A DNA stretch of 64,000 bases from NCBI GenBank assembly GCA_030684405.1, contig JAUXYA010000031.1, positions 5,483 to 69,482 of the forward strand, written 5' to 3'. The position numbers and the translations under genes were made by a program. The notes beneath the pieces were generated by a model. That model had not been told where the DNA came from. It made no database searches and worked only from the letters and a program-made list of their open reading frames with translations. Origin of the DNA: Burkholderiales bacterium (GTDB lineage Bacteria; Pseudomonadota; Gammaproteobacteria; Burkholderiales; SG8-41). Positions 17,802 to 32,019 of this stretch are shown here, piece by piece. Each line of letters starts with the position of its first letter. The stretch's first letter is position 1.

Positions 17802-18563
17802 TTATAAAACAATATCAGGTATGCCGGCCGACCGCGAACCGGGCAGCGGTGCATTGTCGAGGGCGCGGTAGGTGAATACCGCGGAGAACTTGGTCCGTGC
17901 TGTGCGGTTGTGGCCCGCGGCGTGAAACAGCCGGCAATGGAAAAACAGCACATCGCCCGGCTCGAGTTCGGCAGCGATCTGCGTGCGCAGCAGGGCTGCA
18001 TTCTCCGCAAGATCGGTGCGCAGAAACTGCGCCGTATCGAGGCGCGAGGCGTCGAAATCCATGGCATGCGTGCCGGGCAACAGCAGCAGGCAACCGTTGT
18101 CGATGCGTTCCCCGCCCAGCGCAAACCATACCGACACCAGTTCCGGGCGCGTATAGGACCAGTAGCGGATGTCGCGGTGCCAGCTGGTCAGGCTGCTGTA
18201 TGCCGGATCCTTGGTCATCACGCAGTTGTGATGGGCCTGCGCCAGCGCGATCCGCGGCCCGAGCAGTTGCCGCAGGCGCCCGGCGACCGGCGCCGCAGTC
18301 GCCCATTCGCTGAACACCACATCACGGGCATAGGCCTGCAACAGCCGGCGCACGGTACGCCCACCCGGCGCATCACGCGATTCGGGCGCGCCGGGATAGT
18401 GGGTGTCGGCTTCGTATTCGACCGGCGCCGCCGCCGCGGCAAGGTCGCGCTCGGCAATCGCGCGCATGCGCTTGCGCGCCTCCACCGGCAGCAGTCCGCG
18501 CACGATGCGGTAGCCCTCGCGCGCGAACTGCGCGACATCGTCCTGCGAAAAATGCTCCGTCAT
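17802..18563 (-). CDS. phytanoyl-CoA dioxygenase (PhyH) family Fe(II)/2OG oxygenase
   Basis: 253 aa: WHRDIRYW..., LLLPGTH, FFHCRLFHAAGHN. Its start overlaps the upstream stop (ATGA). Confidence 0.8.
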   Translation of the reverse strand: MTEHFSQDDVAQFAREGYRIVRGLLPVEARKRMRAIAERDLAAAAAPVEYEADTHYPGAPESRDAPGGRTVRRLLQAYARDVVFSEWATAAPVAGRLRQLLGPRIALAQAHHNCVMTKDPAYSSLTSWHRDIRYWSYTRPELVSVWFALGGERIDNGCLLLLPGTHAMDFDASRLDTAQFLRTDLAENAALLRTQIAAELEPGDVLFFHCRLFHAAGHNRTARTKFSAVFTYRALDNAPLPGSRSAGIPDIVL

Positions 18564-19404
18564 TCCCTTGCCCGCAATTTGCCGAAAAACCAGACGTAAA
18601 AAAGGATTGCGCCCAACAGCAGCGTCACCAGTGAATATACGGGATCGAGCGCGCCTGCGGTAAACACCGAAGGCGTCTCGAACACCGAATCCTCGTAGTG
18701 GACGAACAGGACCAGCAACAGGTTGTTGCCGGCATGTGCACCGATCGCCAGCTCAAGCCTGCCGTCGCGCAGCGTGACCACAGCGAGTAACAGTCCCATG
18801 GCGAAATAGTTGGCTGCCATGATTCCGAGCCCGTAGGCCGCCACTTCCGGATTGTAGAGATGGGGCAGCGTAAACACGGCACTGCTGAAGAGGGCCGGCA
18901 CGACGGGATGGCGGCACAGGCGGCCGGCAGCCTGCATCAGATAGCCGCGGAACACCAATTCCTCCGCCGCGCACTGCAGCGGCGTCAGCAGCAGCGCCGC
19001 GGCAACAAAGGGCAGCCAGCGCCAAAGCTCGAAGCTCCAGGCATAACGACCGGGATAAAGCAGGCTCTCGACCAGACAGAAGAGCGCGGCGAGCACCACC
19101 CATGCCGCTGCACCCTGCAGTATCCGGTACCAGTCCACGCGCGGCGAGGGCGTCACCAACGTGCGCCAGGACCGGCGATGCAGCAGCGCGGTGACGGCCA
19201 CCACGCCTGCCAGCAGCATCAGCACGCTGGCATTGATCGCGACGAATTCAGTGACCGCGCCCAGCGGTAGCTGCATTGCCACGGTGTAGGCATAAACGCC
19301 ACCGACGATCCAGATCGGGACCAGCAGCGCGATGCCGAGCAGGTAACGCCAACTCGCGCTGCGGCCCTCATCGGCCAGCGCGAGATAACGCGCCGCAGGC
19401 GTGA

Positions 19405-19408
<4 letters not shown>
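18560..19408 (-). CDS. CPBP family intramembrane glutamic endopeptidase
   Basis: Polytopic, with motifs [14 protein letters not shown] and HAGNN. Start proposed at the TTG overlapping the metH TGA (TTGA). The longest ORF start (19576) would lie inside metH. Confidence 0.7.
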
Positions 19409-23109
<3,701 letters not shown>

Positions 23110-23224
23110 GGGGCGGGAGTGACGCAGGGATTCTTCGAAAGTGCGAATTTTATCATGGGCTTACGTCATCATCCGGGCCCGCCTATAATGCCTCCTTCCC
23201 GATCACCGACTATCCGCTCAAGCC

Positions 23225-23611
23225 ATGAAACACCTGGAACCGAAACAGGCTTTTGAATTCCTGAAACAGAATCCCAACGCGGTGTTCATCGATTGCCGCA
23301 GCGAGATGGAATATCTGTTTGTCGGCCATCCCGTGGGCGCCATCCACGTCGCGTGGAACGACGGTCCGAACTGGGAAATCAATCCGCATTTCGTGGCGCA
23401 TGTCAAAAAAGCCACCAGCGTCGACCGGCCGATCGTGGTGATCTGCCGCAGTGGAAACCGCTCGCTCGACGCCGGCCATGCACTGGAGGAAGCCGGCTTC
23501 ACGCAGGTCTACAACGTGCTGCACGGCTTTGAAGGCGAACTCGACGACGACCACCATCGCGGATCGAAAACCGGTTGGCGCTTCGCCGGCTTGCCCTGGG
23601 AGCAGTGCTGA
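23225..23611 (+). CDS. single-domain rhodanese-like sulfurtransferase
   Basis: 128 aa with active-site loop CRSGNRS. TATAAT lies about 33 nt upstream. Confidence 0.85.
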   Translation: MKHLEPKQAFEFLKQNPNAVFIDCRSEMEYLFVGHPVGAIHVAWNDGPNWEINPHFVAHVKKATSVDRPIVVICRSGNRSLDAGHALEEAGFTQVYNVLHGFEGELDDDHHRGSKTGWRFAGLPWEQC

Positions 23612-23671
23612 GCCGCGGCGGCTCCACACCTTGAACGCCGCGCGCGGACCGGCATCGCGGATCCTCCTGAC

Positions 23672-24886
23672 TCAGCGACCGTCCTGCTGCAGACGCAGAT
23701 AACACAGCCATGCCAGGCCGCCGAGCAGCAGCAGGCCGGCCATGCTCATGGCGAGCGTCAACGCACTGCCAGACACCAGCGGCGACACCACGCCGGCCGT
23801 GATGCCCGCGAACAGACTATGTGCGAATCCCTGGAATGAGGCTGTCATGCCGCGCAGGCGGGGAAAACGGTCGAGGGTGATCAACGTTACGCTCGGCATC
23901 GCCAGCGCCATCCCGATGGTGTAAAGCATCACCGGCAGTACAGTCCAGGGAAGGGCCGGCGGAAACAGCGCGCAATACGCGACATTCACGGCGGCCGCAA
24001 TGCACATGATCAGATAGCCTGCCAGCACAGTGCGACGCGGACTCAGGCGTTCCGCAAGACGACCGGACAGGAATGCGCCCAGCATGACCCCGGCAATGCC
24101 GGGCACGAACAGCCAGGCAAAGTGCCGCTCGGTCAGGCCCAGCAGGTCGTAGATCACCGCGGGAGCGGACACCACATAGAGAAAAAACCCGGCGAAGTTG
24201 AAGGCCACCGTCAGGCACAGCAGCAACAGCGGCACATCCCTGCCCAGGCTGAGGTAATTGTGGAACAGGGGCGCTGCACGGAAAGGCTGGCGTGCCGGCA
24301 GCGGATGGGTTTCCGGCAGCCGGCGCAGGACAACGACAAACAGCACGGCGCCATAGGCCGTAAGAAACCAGAACACTGAACGCCAGCCGAAGGCGCCCTG
24401 CAGCCAGCCGCCGATCACCGGCGCAATCGCTGGCGCAATGCCGAATATCATCGTCACCAGGGACATCAGGCGCTGCGCCTCCGGACCGGCGAAACTGTCG
24501 CGGATGATGGCACGCCCGACGATGATCCCGGCGCCCGCCGACAGTCCCTGCACTGCGCGCCATAACAGCAGTTGCGGCAGGCTGGTGGCCAGTGCGCAGC
24601 CCGCGGAAGTAATGACATAGAGCAACAGGCTCACCAGAATGACCGGCCGGCGTCCGAAGGAATCGGACAGGGTGCCGTGGAACAGGGTCATCAATGCCAG
24701 GGTGAACAAGTAGAGGCTGAGTGTCTGCTGCAGCTGCGCAGGTGTCGCCCGCAGATCGCTGCCGATGTACGGGAACGACGGCAGATAGGTGTCGATCGTG
24801 AACGGGCCGATCATCGCCAGCGCGGCGAGGATCATCGCGAGCAGCGGCAAGGTAATGGGCGCGGAGTGCCGCGGCACCGCGCTCAT
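23672..24886 (-). CDS. MFS transporter, Bcr/CflA drug-resistance subfamily
   Basis: 404 aa, 12 TM. N-terminal signature GPFTIDTYLPSFPYIGSDL and GRRPV. Confidence 0.85.
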   Translation of the reverse strand: MSAVPRHSAPITLPLLAMILAALAMIGPFTIDTYLPSFPYIGSDLRATPAQLQQTLSLYLFTLALMTLFHGTLSDSFGRRPVILVSLLLYVITSAGCALATSLPQLLLWRAVQGLSAGAGIIVGRAIIRDSFAGPEAQRLMSLVTMIFGIAPAIAPVIGGWLQGAFGWRSVFWFLTAYGAVLFVVVLRRLPETHPLPARQPFRAAPLFHNYLSLGRDVPLLLLCLTVAFNFAGFFLYVVSAPAVIYDLLGLTERHFAWLFVPGIAGVMLGAFLSGRLAERLSPRRTVLAGYLIMCIAAAVNVAYCALFPPALPWTVLPVMLYTIGMALAMPSVTLITLDRFPRLRGMTASFQGFAHSLFAGITAGVVSPLVSGSALTLAMSMAGLLLLGGLAWLCYLRLQQDGR

Positions 24887-26379
24887 GCGCGGTCGAGCCT
24901 GCGGTACTGGATTGCTTCGGCGATGTGCTGGCCGGATAGCGTGGCTTCTCCGGCGAGGTCTGCGATGGTACGCGCCACGCGCAGTATCCGGTGATAGGCC
25001 CGCGCCGACAGCCCGAGCCGCGTGATGGCCTGCCTGAGCAGGGCCTCGCCCCGGGCATCGGGTGCACAGTGGCGATCAATCTCGCGCACCGCCAGCCGGG
25101 CGTTGGGCACACCCTGCCGCGCCAGTGCCCGCTCGCGGGCCGCACCGGTGCGCGCCCTCACGGTCGCCGAGGACTCGCTGTCACCGCCGCGTGTCAGCTC
25201 GTCCTCCCGCATCGCCGGCACCTCGATCTGCAGGTCGATGCGGTCGAGCAGCGGGCCCGAAATGCGGCCGCGGTAACGCGCGACCTGGTCGGGCGTGCAA
25301 CGACAGCGCCCGCTGTAATGGCCGAGGTAACCGCAGGGACAGGGATTCATCGCCGCGACCAGCTGGAACTGCGCGGGGAAGTCCGCCTGGCGTGCCGCGC
25401 GCGACACCGTGATGCGGCCGGATTCCAGGGGCTCGCGCAACACCTCCAGCACGCGGCGCTCGAACTCCGGCAATTCGTCGAGGAACAGCACGCCGTGCAT
25501 CGCCATCGAGATTTCCCCGGGCCGCGGCGTGCCTCCACCACCGACCAGGGCAACTGCGGAGGCCGTGTGATGGGGCGCGCGGTACGGCCGGCGGCGCCAT
25601 GACCGCACATCGAATCCGTTCGAGCCCAGTGACTGGACCGCAGCGGATTCGACAGCCTCGGCCGCGGTCATCGGGGGCAGTATGCCCGGCAGCCGTTGTG
25701 CAAGCATGGTCTTGCCGGTCCCCGGAGGGCCCACCATCAGCAAGCTGTGGCAACCGGCAGCAGCAATTTCGAGCGCGCGCCGCGCCTGCAACTGCGCCTT
25801 GATATCGAGCAGGTCCGGATATTCGAACTGTCCGACTGCCGCAGCCGCCTGCGCAGGCTGCAGTTCGGCCCGTCCCGCGAGATGCGCACACACTTCGCCC
25901 AAAGTCGTGGCGGCATAAACCGCCGCACCTTCAGCCAGCGCAGCTTCGGCAGCGCTGGCTGCCGGCAGCACAAAAGCCCTGCCCTCACGCGCCACCGCCA
26001 GCGCCATTGCCAGAGCACCCCTCACCGAGCGCAGCTCTCCGGTAAGTGCCAGCTCCCCGGCAAACTCGAATCCGGCGACGCGGTCACCGGGCACTTGGCC
26101 GGAGGCCACCAATATGCCCAGTGCAATCGGGAGATCGTAACGTCCCGACTCCTTGGGCAGGTCGGCCGGCGCCAGGTTGACGGTGATGCGGCGCGCCGGA
26201 AACTCGAATCGGGCATTGAGCAGAGCGGCCCGCACACGATCCTTGGCTTCCTTCACCTCAGCCTCGGGCAGACCGACGATGGTGAAAGACGGCAGGCCAT
26301 TGGCCAGATGGGCCTCGACCGTCACCAACGGGGCATCCATGCCCGACAGGGCACGGCTGTACAAAACGGCCAGGGACAC
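24883..26379 (-). CDS. yifB: YifB/ComM family Mg-chelatase-like AAA+ ATPase
   Basis: 498 aa with an N-terminal Lon-like domain, Walker A GPPGTGKT and a C-terminal ChlI-like region. The stop overlaps the MFS start by 4 nt. Confidence 0.9.
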   Translation of the reverse strand: MSLAVLYSRALSGMDAPLVTVEAHLANGLPSFTIVGLPEAEVKEAKDRVRAALLNARFEFPARRITVNLAPADLPKESGRYDLPIALGILVASGQVPGDRVAGFEFAGELALTGELRSVRGALAMALAVAREGRAFVLPAASAAEAALAEGAAVYAATTLGEVCAHLAGRAELQPAQAAAAVGQFEYPDLLDIKAQLQARRALEIAAAGCHSLLMVGPPGTGKTMLAQRLPGILPPMTAAEAVESAAVQSLGSNGFDVRSWRRRPYRAPHHTASAVALVGGGGTPRPGEISMAMHGVLFLDELPEFERRVLEVLREPLESGRITVSRAARQADFPAQFQLVAAMNPCPCGYLGHYSGRCRCTPDQVARYRGRISGPLLDRIDLQIEVPAMREDELTRGGDSESSATVRARTGAARERALARQGVPNARLAVREIDRHCAPDARGEALLRQAITRLGLSARAYHRILRVARTIADLAGEATLSGQHIAEAIQYRRLDRA

Positions 26380-26455
26380 TTGGGATCAGCGCATTTCTTG
26401 GGGAATCGAATCTTCTAAACGCCCGCCGCGGCCCCGCGGCTGACGCTGCGCGGCG

Positions 26456-26710
26456 CTATTGAGCGGAACCGGCCGCAGGGGACGCCGTCTGCTCGAGCTC
26501 GGCCACCTTCTTTTCTAGTGCTTCCAGTTTGGCACGCGTCCGCAGCAGGACTTCGCGCTGCACGTCGAATTCCTCGCGGCTTACCAAGTCCAGCCTGCTG
26601 AACAGGCCACCGAGCATGGCCCTTAGATTTTTGTCGAGATCGGCCGCGGGCCCCTGAGCAAGCGCTGCCTTCACTTTTTCATTGATTTCATCGAGCAGTT
26701 TTTGGTCCAT
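26456..26710 (-). CDS. ubiK: UbiK/YqiC-family accessory (membrane fusogenic) protein
   Basis: 84-aa coiled-coil protein: LDLVSREEFDVQREVLLRTRAKLEALEKKVAELE. Confidence 0.7.
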   Translation of the reverse strand: MDQKLLDEINEKVKAALAQGPAADLDKNLRAMLGGLFSRLDLVSREEFDVQREVLLRTRAKLEALEKKVAELEQTASPAAGSAQ

Positions 26711-26828
26711 GTGCCTCTACCCTCAGTTTCGGCTGAGTCTACCAAGAATGCCTAGGTGCATTGTCCACATGGTACGCATCAGACTGGGGCATGGCTAACG
26801 CCAGATTGGTGCATCGACTGAGCGCATC

Positions 26829-26843
26829 GCACCGTCGTGGTGC
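26829..26843. promoter_or_regulatory. NtrC-type enhancer site GCACC-N5-GGTGC
   Basis: Perfect inverted repeat (tcGCACCGTCGTGGTGCag) about 70 nt upstream of the sigma54 promoter. Further half-site-like TGCA/GGTGCA words occur at 26755-26820. Confidence 0.45.
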
Positions 26844-26906
26844 AGATGTAATTCACACCCTGTTTATAATTTACCGTAATACATTGTTTTTTAACAACTT
26901 TTTATC

Positions 26907-26922
26907 TGGCACGGTACCTGCT
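26907..26922 (+). promoter_or_regulatory. sigma54 promoter TGGCACGGTACCTGCT
   Basis: -24 GG and -12 GC at canonical spacing, 55 nt upstream of the porin ATG, preceded by an A/T tract. Context is the porin-glnK-amtB operon. Confidence 0.6.
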
Positions 26923-26977
26923 GAGTGTGCAGGGCAGTTTTATTGCACATGTGCCAACACTCATGAAAGGGAACAAC

Positions 26978-27775
26978 ATGCTTAAGAAGACCATTATCGC
27001 CGGACTCGTTGCTGGCGCCTTCGCTCCCGCACTGGCCTCCGCTGCCGATTCGCCGCATACGGTGACCGGCAACGTCGGCATCTACAGCCAGTATATTTTC
27101 CGCGGGCTCGCCCAGACTAACAAGGATCCGGCGCTGCAGGGCGGGTTCGATTACAGCCACTCCAGCGGCTTTTACGCCGGCACCTGGATGTCGAATGTCA
27201 GCTGGCTGACTGACGCAACGGCCTATAGCAGCAGCAGCCTGGAAATGGATTTCTACGGCGGCTTTAAAGGCACCTTCGGCAAGAGCGATTTCGGTTATGA
27301 CATCGGCCTGCTGCAATATTACTACCCGGGCACGATCCCTGCCGGCAACATCAAGGCCGACACGCTGGAGCTGTATGGCGCCCTGACCTGGAAATGGCTG
27401 TCCGCCAAGTATTCCCACAGCATCAACAACAAGACTTTCGGGGTAGCCAACAGTGACGGTACCTATTACTTCGACCTGAGCGCGAACTTCCCGGTCACCG
27501 ACAAGCTGACTCTCAGCGCCCATTACGGCATCCAGAAATTCAAAGGCACCAGCAACGCTTGCGGCGCGAACACCTCCAACAATACCTGCGCGTCTTATGA
27601 CGACTGGAAGATCGGCGCCTCCTACGAACTGCCCCAGAGCTTCACTATCGGCGCATTCTTCACCGGCACCGACATGAATGCTGCCCAGAAGGCCTTCTAC
27701 ACCAACCCGGCAGCAGCAGGTTCGCGCTTCCTCGGCAAGGACACGGTCACCGTCTACCTGTCGAAAACTTTCTAA
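26978..27775 (+). CDS. TorF-family putative outer-membrane porin
   Basis: Signal peptide MLKKTIIAGLVAGAFAPALASA. GNVGIYSQYIFRGLAQTNKDPALQGGFDYSHSSGFYAGTW is typical of the porin-like family found upstream of glnK-amtB. Ends with a C-terminal Phe. Confidence 0.7.
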   Translation: MLKKTIIAGLVAGAFAPALASAADSPHTVTGNVGIYSQYIFRGLAQTNKDPALQGGFDYSHSSGFYAGTWMSNVSWLTDATAYSSSSLEMDFYGGFKGTFGKSDFGYDIGLLQYYYPGTIPAGNIKADTLELYGALTWKWLSAKYSHSINNKTFGVANSDGTYYFDLSANFPVTDKLTLSAHYGIQKFKGTSNACGANTSNNTCASYDDWKIGASYELPQSFTIGAFFTGTDMNAAQKAFYTNPAAAGSRFLGKDTVTVYLSKTF

Positions 27776-28174
<399 letters not shown>

Positions 28175-28186
28175 TTGGAGAACAAG

Positions 28187-29572
28187 ATGAAAAAATTAAT
28201 CGCAGCTCTGGCCCTGTTCGGCGCGCTCGGTTTTGCCGGAGCGCCGGCCATGGCACAGGACAAGCCTGCTGAAGCGCCAGCCGCGGAAGCTCCTGCTGCC
28301 GCTCCGGCCGCAGTGGCGGCCGCCGCACCCGCTGCAGCGCCCGCGGAAGAAGCCAAGAAGCTGGACAGTGGCGACACCGCGTTCATGCTGCTGGCCACCG
28401 TGCTCGTCACCATGATGGTCATTCCCGGCCTCGCGCTGTTCTACGCCGGCATGGTGAGATCCAAGAACGCCCTGTCCGTCCTGATGCAGGTGTTTGCGGT
28501 ATTCAGCGTGATGGCCGTGCTCTGGGCGGTATACGGCTACAGCCTGGCGTTCACCGGCGACGGGAAATTCATTGGGACACTGGATAAGTTGTTCCTCGCT
28601 GGCATGACCGCCGACTCGCTGAAGGACACCATCCCCGAGTACGTGTTTGCCAACTTCCAGCTGACCTTCGCTGCCATCACGCCGGCCCTGATCGTTGGTG
28701 CCTACGCAGAGCGCATGAAGTTCTCCGCGGTGCTGCTGTTCATGGTGGCCTGGCTGACGGTCTGCTACGTCCCGATGGCGCATATGGTCTGGGGCGGCGG
28801 CTGGATCGGCGAGATGGGTGCGATTGACTTCGCCGGCGGCACCGTGGTTCACATCAACGCCGGTATCGCCGGTCTGGTGGCCGCGATCGTGCTCGGCAAG
28901 CGCAAGGGCTACGGCACCGTGGCCATGCCCCCGCACAACCTGACCATGACGCTGATCGGCGCTTCGCTGCTGTGGGTGGGCTGGTACGGCTTCAACGCCG
29001 GCAGCGCGCTCACCGCCGGCGGCAGCGCGGGCCTCGCGATGATCAACACCACGCTCGCCACGGCCGCAGCAGCAGCGACCTGGATGTTCCTGGAGTGGAT
29101 GGTCAAGGGCAAACCGAGCCTGCTCGGCATCGCTACCGGTGCAGTCGCCGGACTGGTCGCCATCACCCCGGCCTGCGGCAATGCCGGCCCGATGGGATCG
29201 ATCATCCTCGGCATCGCCGCGGGTGCAATCTCCCTCTGGGCAGTCATCAGCCTGAAGCGGATGCTCGGCTACGACGATTCGCTGGACGTGTTCGGCGTAC
29301 ACGGCATTGCCGGCATCGTCGGCGCGATCGGCATCGGCATCCTGGCCGCGCCCTCCTTCGGCGGCACCGGCTTCGGCGGCGACATCACCAGCATCGGTGA
29401 GCAGCTCACCGTCCAGGTGATCAGTGTGGCCTTCACCCTGGTCTACACCGGCGTCGTGAGCTACGTGCTGCTGAAGGTCATCGACGTCATCGTCGGCCTG
29501 CGGGTCAGCGAGGAAGCGGAAACAGAAGGGCTCGATATTAACGAGCACGGTGAAACCGCCTACAACAACTAA
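28187..29572 (+). CDS. amtB: ammonium transporter with a Pro/Ala-rich N-terminal extension
   Basis: GGAGA SD before ATG 28187. Signal peptide, then about 40 aa of PA-rich linker, then a canonical Amt core (DSGDTAFMLLAT..., AIDFAGGTVVHINAG, VHGIAGIVG). Confidence 0.95.
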   Translation: MKKLIAALALFGALGFAGAPAMAQDKPAEAPAAEAPAAAPAAVAAAAPAAAPAEEAKKLDSGDTAFMLLATVLVTMMVIPGLALFYAGMVRSKNALSVLMQVFAVFSVMAVLWAVYGYSLAFTGDGKFIGTLDKLFLAGMTADSLKDTIPEYVFANFQLTFAAITPALIVGAYAERMKFSAVLLFMVAWLTVCYVPMAHMVWGGGWIGEMGAIDFAGGTVVHINAGIAGLVAAIVLGKRKGYGTVAMPPHNLTMTLIGASLLWVGWYGFNAGSALTAGGSAGLAMINTTLATAAAAATWMFLEWMVKGKPSLLGIATGAVAGLVAITPACGNAGPMGSIILGIAAGAISLWAVISLKRMLGYDDSLDVFGVHGIAGIVGAIGIGILAAPSFGGTGFGGDITSIGEQLTVQVISVAFTLVYTGVVSYVLLKVIDVIVGLRVSEEAETEGLDINEHGETAYNN

Positions 29573-29594
29573 CGCTGCAAGCTGTAACAAACAG

Positions 29595-29622
29595 ACGGGC
29601 GCCTTCGGGCGCCCGTTTTTTT
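29595..29622 (+). terminator. rho-independent terminator of the glnK-amtB operon
   Basis: ACGGGCGCC-TTCG-GGCGCCCGT stem-loop followed by T7. Confidence 0.85.
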
Positions 29623-29665
29623 GGGTTTCCGTCCCGGGACGGAGGGGCCCGAGGGATCGGCTACA

Positions 29666-30988
29666 ATGCCGGCCATGACTGTACCCCGCCTCACCACCGC
29701 GCTGACCGGGCCGCTGCAGGAGCTTGAAAGCCATATCCTCAGGGCCACACCCGACATCGAGCATTGGTTGCGCAGCCAGTGGCAGGAGCATGCCGCGCCG
29801 TTCTATGCCTCGGTCGACCTGCGCAACTCCGGGTTCAAACTGGCGCCGGTGGACACCAACCTGTTCCCCGGGGGATTCAACAACCTCAATCCGGACTTTC
29901 ATACGCTGTGCGTGCAGGCGGCGATGACCGCGATCGAGAAAGCCTGCCCGGAGGCGCATGGCATCGTGCTGGTGCCGGAAAACCACACGCGCAACCAGTT
30001 CTACCTGCAGAACGTCGAGAAACTTGCAGCGATCCTGCGACACGCGGGCGTGGAGGTGCGCATCGGCAGCCTGTTGCCGGAGATCACGGCGCCGACCGAC
30101 CTCGCGTTGCCTGACGGCGGCACGCTGAGGCTGGAGCCGCTGCGCCGCGACGGCAACCGGCTCAAAGTGGCCGATTTCGATCCCTGTGTCGTGCTGCTGA
30201 ACAACGATCTCTCGAGCGGCGTGCCGGCAATACTTCAGGGACTCGAGCAGACCGTGCTGCCACCGGTACTGGCTGGCTGGGCGACGCGCCGCAAGTCCGC
30301 GCATTTCGCGGCCTATGACGACGTGACCCGGGACTTCGCGCAGCTGATTGGCATCGATCCCTGGGTGATCAATCCCTATTTCGAGAAGTGCGGCAAGATC
30401 AATTTCCGCGAGCGGCAGGGCGAGGAATGCCTCGAAGGCTATGTGTCGGAGATCCTCGGCGACATCCGCAAGAAATACGCGGAATACGGCATCACCGAAG
30501 ACCCCTTCGTCATCGTCAAGGCCGACGCCGGCACTTACGGCATGGGAATCATGACGGTCAAGAATCCTTCCGAAGTGAAGGGTCTGAACCGCAAGCAGCG
30601 CAACAAGATGGCTGTGGTCAAGGAAGGCCTCGAGGTTCACGACGTCATCGTGCAGGAAGGCGTCTACACTTTTGAGAACATCGGCGACGCGGTTGCTGAG
30701 CCGGTGGTCTACATGATTGACCATTTCGTCGTCGGTGGCTTCTACCGGGTACACACCGAGCGCGGCAAGGACCAGAATCTGAATGCGCCGGGGATGCAGT
30801 TTGCTCCGCTTGCCTTCGACGAGCCCTGCTCCTCGCCGAATCCGAACGATCCCGGCTGCCCGCCCAACCGCTTCTACTCCTATGGCGTGATCGGGCGACT
30901 TGCGCTGCTCGCTGCAGCCATCGAGATCGAACGCATGGTTGAAGCCGCCGAGAATCCGGTGCCGGTGCTGCTGCGCGCGGCGCCATGA
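29666..30988 (+). CDS. gshA: glutamate-cysteine ligase (compact proteobacterial type)
   Basis: About 440 aa. The sequence (FYASVDLRNSGFKLAPVDTNLFPGGFNNL...) matches the gshA family that sits beside gshB in beta/gamma-proteobacteria. The stop overlaps the gshB start (ATGA). An alternative ATG is at 29675. Confidence 0.8.
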   Translation: MPAMTVPRLTTALTGPLQELESHILRATPDIEHWLRSQWQEHAAPFYASVDLRNSGFKLAPVDTNLFPGGFNNLNPDFHTLCVQAAMTAIEKACPEAHGIVLVPENHTRNQFYLQNVEKLAAILRHAGVEVRIGSLLPEITAPTDLALPDGGTLRLEPLRRDGNRLKVADFDPCVVLLNNDLSSGVPAILQGLEQTVLPPVLAGWATRRKSAHFAAYDDVTRDFAQLIGIDPWVINPYFEKCGKINFRERQGEECLEGYVSEILGDIRKKYAEYGITEDPFVIVKADAGTYGMGIMTVKNPSEVKGLNRKQRNKMAVVKEGLEVHDVIVQEGVYTFENIGDAVAEPVVYMIDHFVVGGFYRVHTERGKDQNLNAPGMQFAPLAFDEPCSSPNPNDPGCPPNRFYSYGVIGRLALLAAAIEIERMVEAAENPVPVLLRAAP

Positions 30989-31929
30989 AACTGGCGTTCA
31001 TCGTCGATCCCCTCGACGAATTCAAGCTCGAAAAAGATACAACCTACGCAATCATGCGTGAGGCGGCGGCACAAGGCCATGCACTCTACGTAATGCAGCA
31101 GGGCGACCTGGCCTGGCACAGGAATGTCGTCACCGGCAACGCCGCACGCCTGCATCTGACCGGGGAAAAGCCGGACTGGTACCGACTCGACCCTCCCGAA
31201 GAGACTCCGCTGGAACGCTTCGACGCGGTGCTGATGCGCAAGGATCCGCCCTTCGACATGGAGTATGTCTACAGCACCTATCTGCTTGAGATCGCCGAAG
31301 GCCGCGGTGCAAGGGTGTTCAACCGGCCGCAAGCCATTCGCGACCACAACGAAAAAATGGCCATCGCCAGGTTCAGCGAATTCACCGCGCCGACGCTGGT
31401 TACCCGCCGCACCGAACTGCTGCATGCCTTTCTCGGCGAGCATGCCGACATCATCCTCAAGCCGCTGGACGGCATGGGCGGGAGTTCAATATTCCGCGTC
31501 CGCGCCGGCGACCCCAACCTCAATGTCATCATCGAAACTCTGACAGCAGAGGGTGCGCGCACGATCATGGCGCAGCGTTACCTCCCGGAGATCGTCAACG
31601 GTGACAAGCGTGTCCTGGTCATCGGCGGTGAAGCAGTGCCCTATTGCCTCGCAAGAATTCCCAAGGCCGGCGAGACCCGCGGCAACCTGGCGGCAGGCGG
31701 CACCGGGGTGGCGCGCGAACTGACGACACGCGACCGGCTCATCGCCGAAACCCTCGGGCCGCAGCTACAGTCGGCTGGCTTGTTGCTGGTCGGACTGGAT
31801 GTCATTGGCGACCATCTCACTGAAGTCAATGTCACCAGCCCCACCTGTTTCCAGGAAATCACCGACCAGACCGGCTTTAACGTAGCCGCCATGTTCTTGA
31901 ATAAACTGGAAAAAATGCTTTTGCCGTGA
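30985..31929 (+). CDS. gshB: glutathione synthetase
   Basis: 314-aa ATP-grasp protein: MKLAFIVDPLDEFKLEKDTT, KPLDGMGGSSIFR, AQRYLPEI..GDKRVL. Confidence 0.93.
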   Translation: MKLAFIVDPLDEFKLEKDTTYAIMREAAAQGHALYVMQQGDLAWHRNVVTGNAARLHLTGEKPDWYRLDPPEETPLERFDAVLMRKDPPFDMEYVYSTYLLEIAEGRGARVFNRPQAIRDHNEKMAIARFSEFTAPTLVTRRTELLHAFLGEHADIILKPLDGMGGSSIFRVRAGDPNLNVIIETLTAEGARTIMAQRYLPEIVNGDKRVLVIGGEAVPYCLARIPKAGETRGNLAAGGTGVARELTTRDRLIAETLGPQLQSAGLLLVGLDVIGDHLTEVNVTSPTCFQEITDQTGFNVAAMFLNKLEKMLLP

Positions 31930-32019
31930 CTGCTGTCGTGATCGGGTGACAGTAATGTTGCGGCGCAAGAAAAGGCGGCGTAAAGTATGGCGCTTTCGTG
32001 ACAGTAGCCTCGCAAACCC

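Noticed and set aside
23110-23224. SAH or cobalamin riboswitch upstream of metH
   Set aside because: Only 115 nt are shared with the divergent rhodanese promoter. I could not find the conserved SAH or B12-box words or a convincing multi-stem fold.
28196-30754. 852-aa minus-strand ORF across amtB and gshA
   Set aside because: Antisense to two well-supported genes and spanning their terminator. The composition is typical of a GC-rich shadow ORF.
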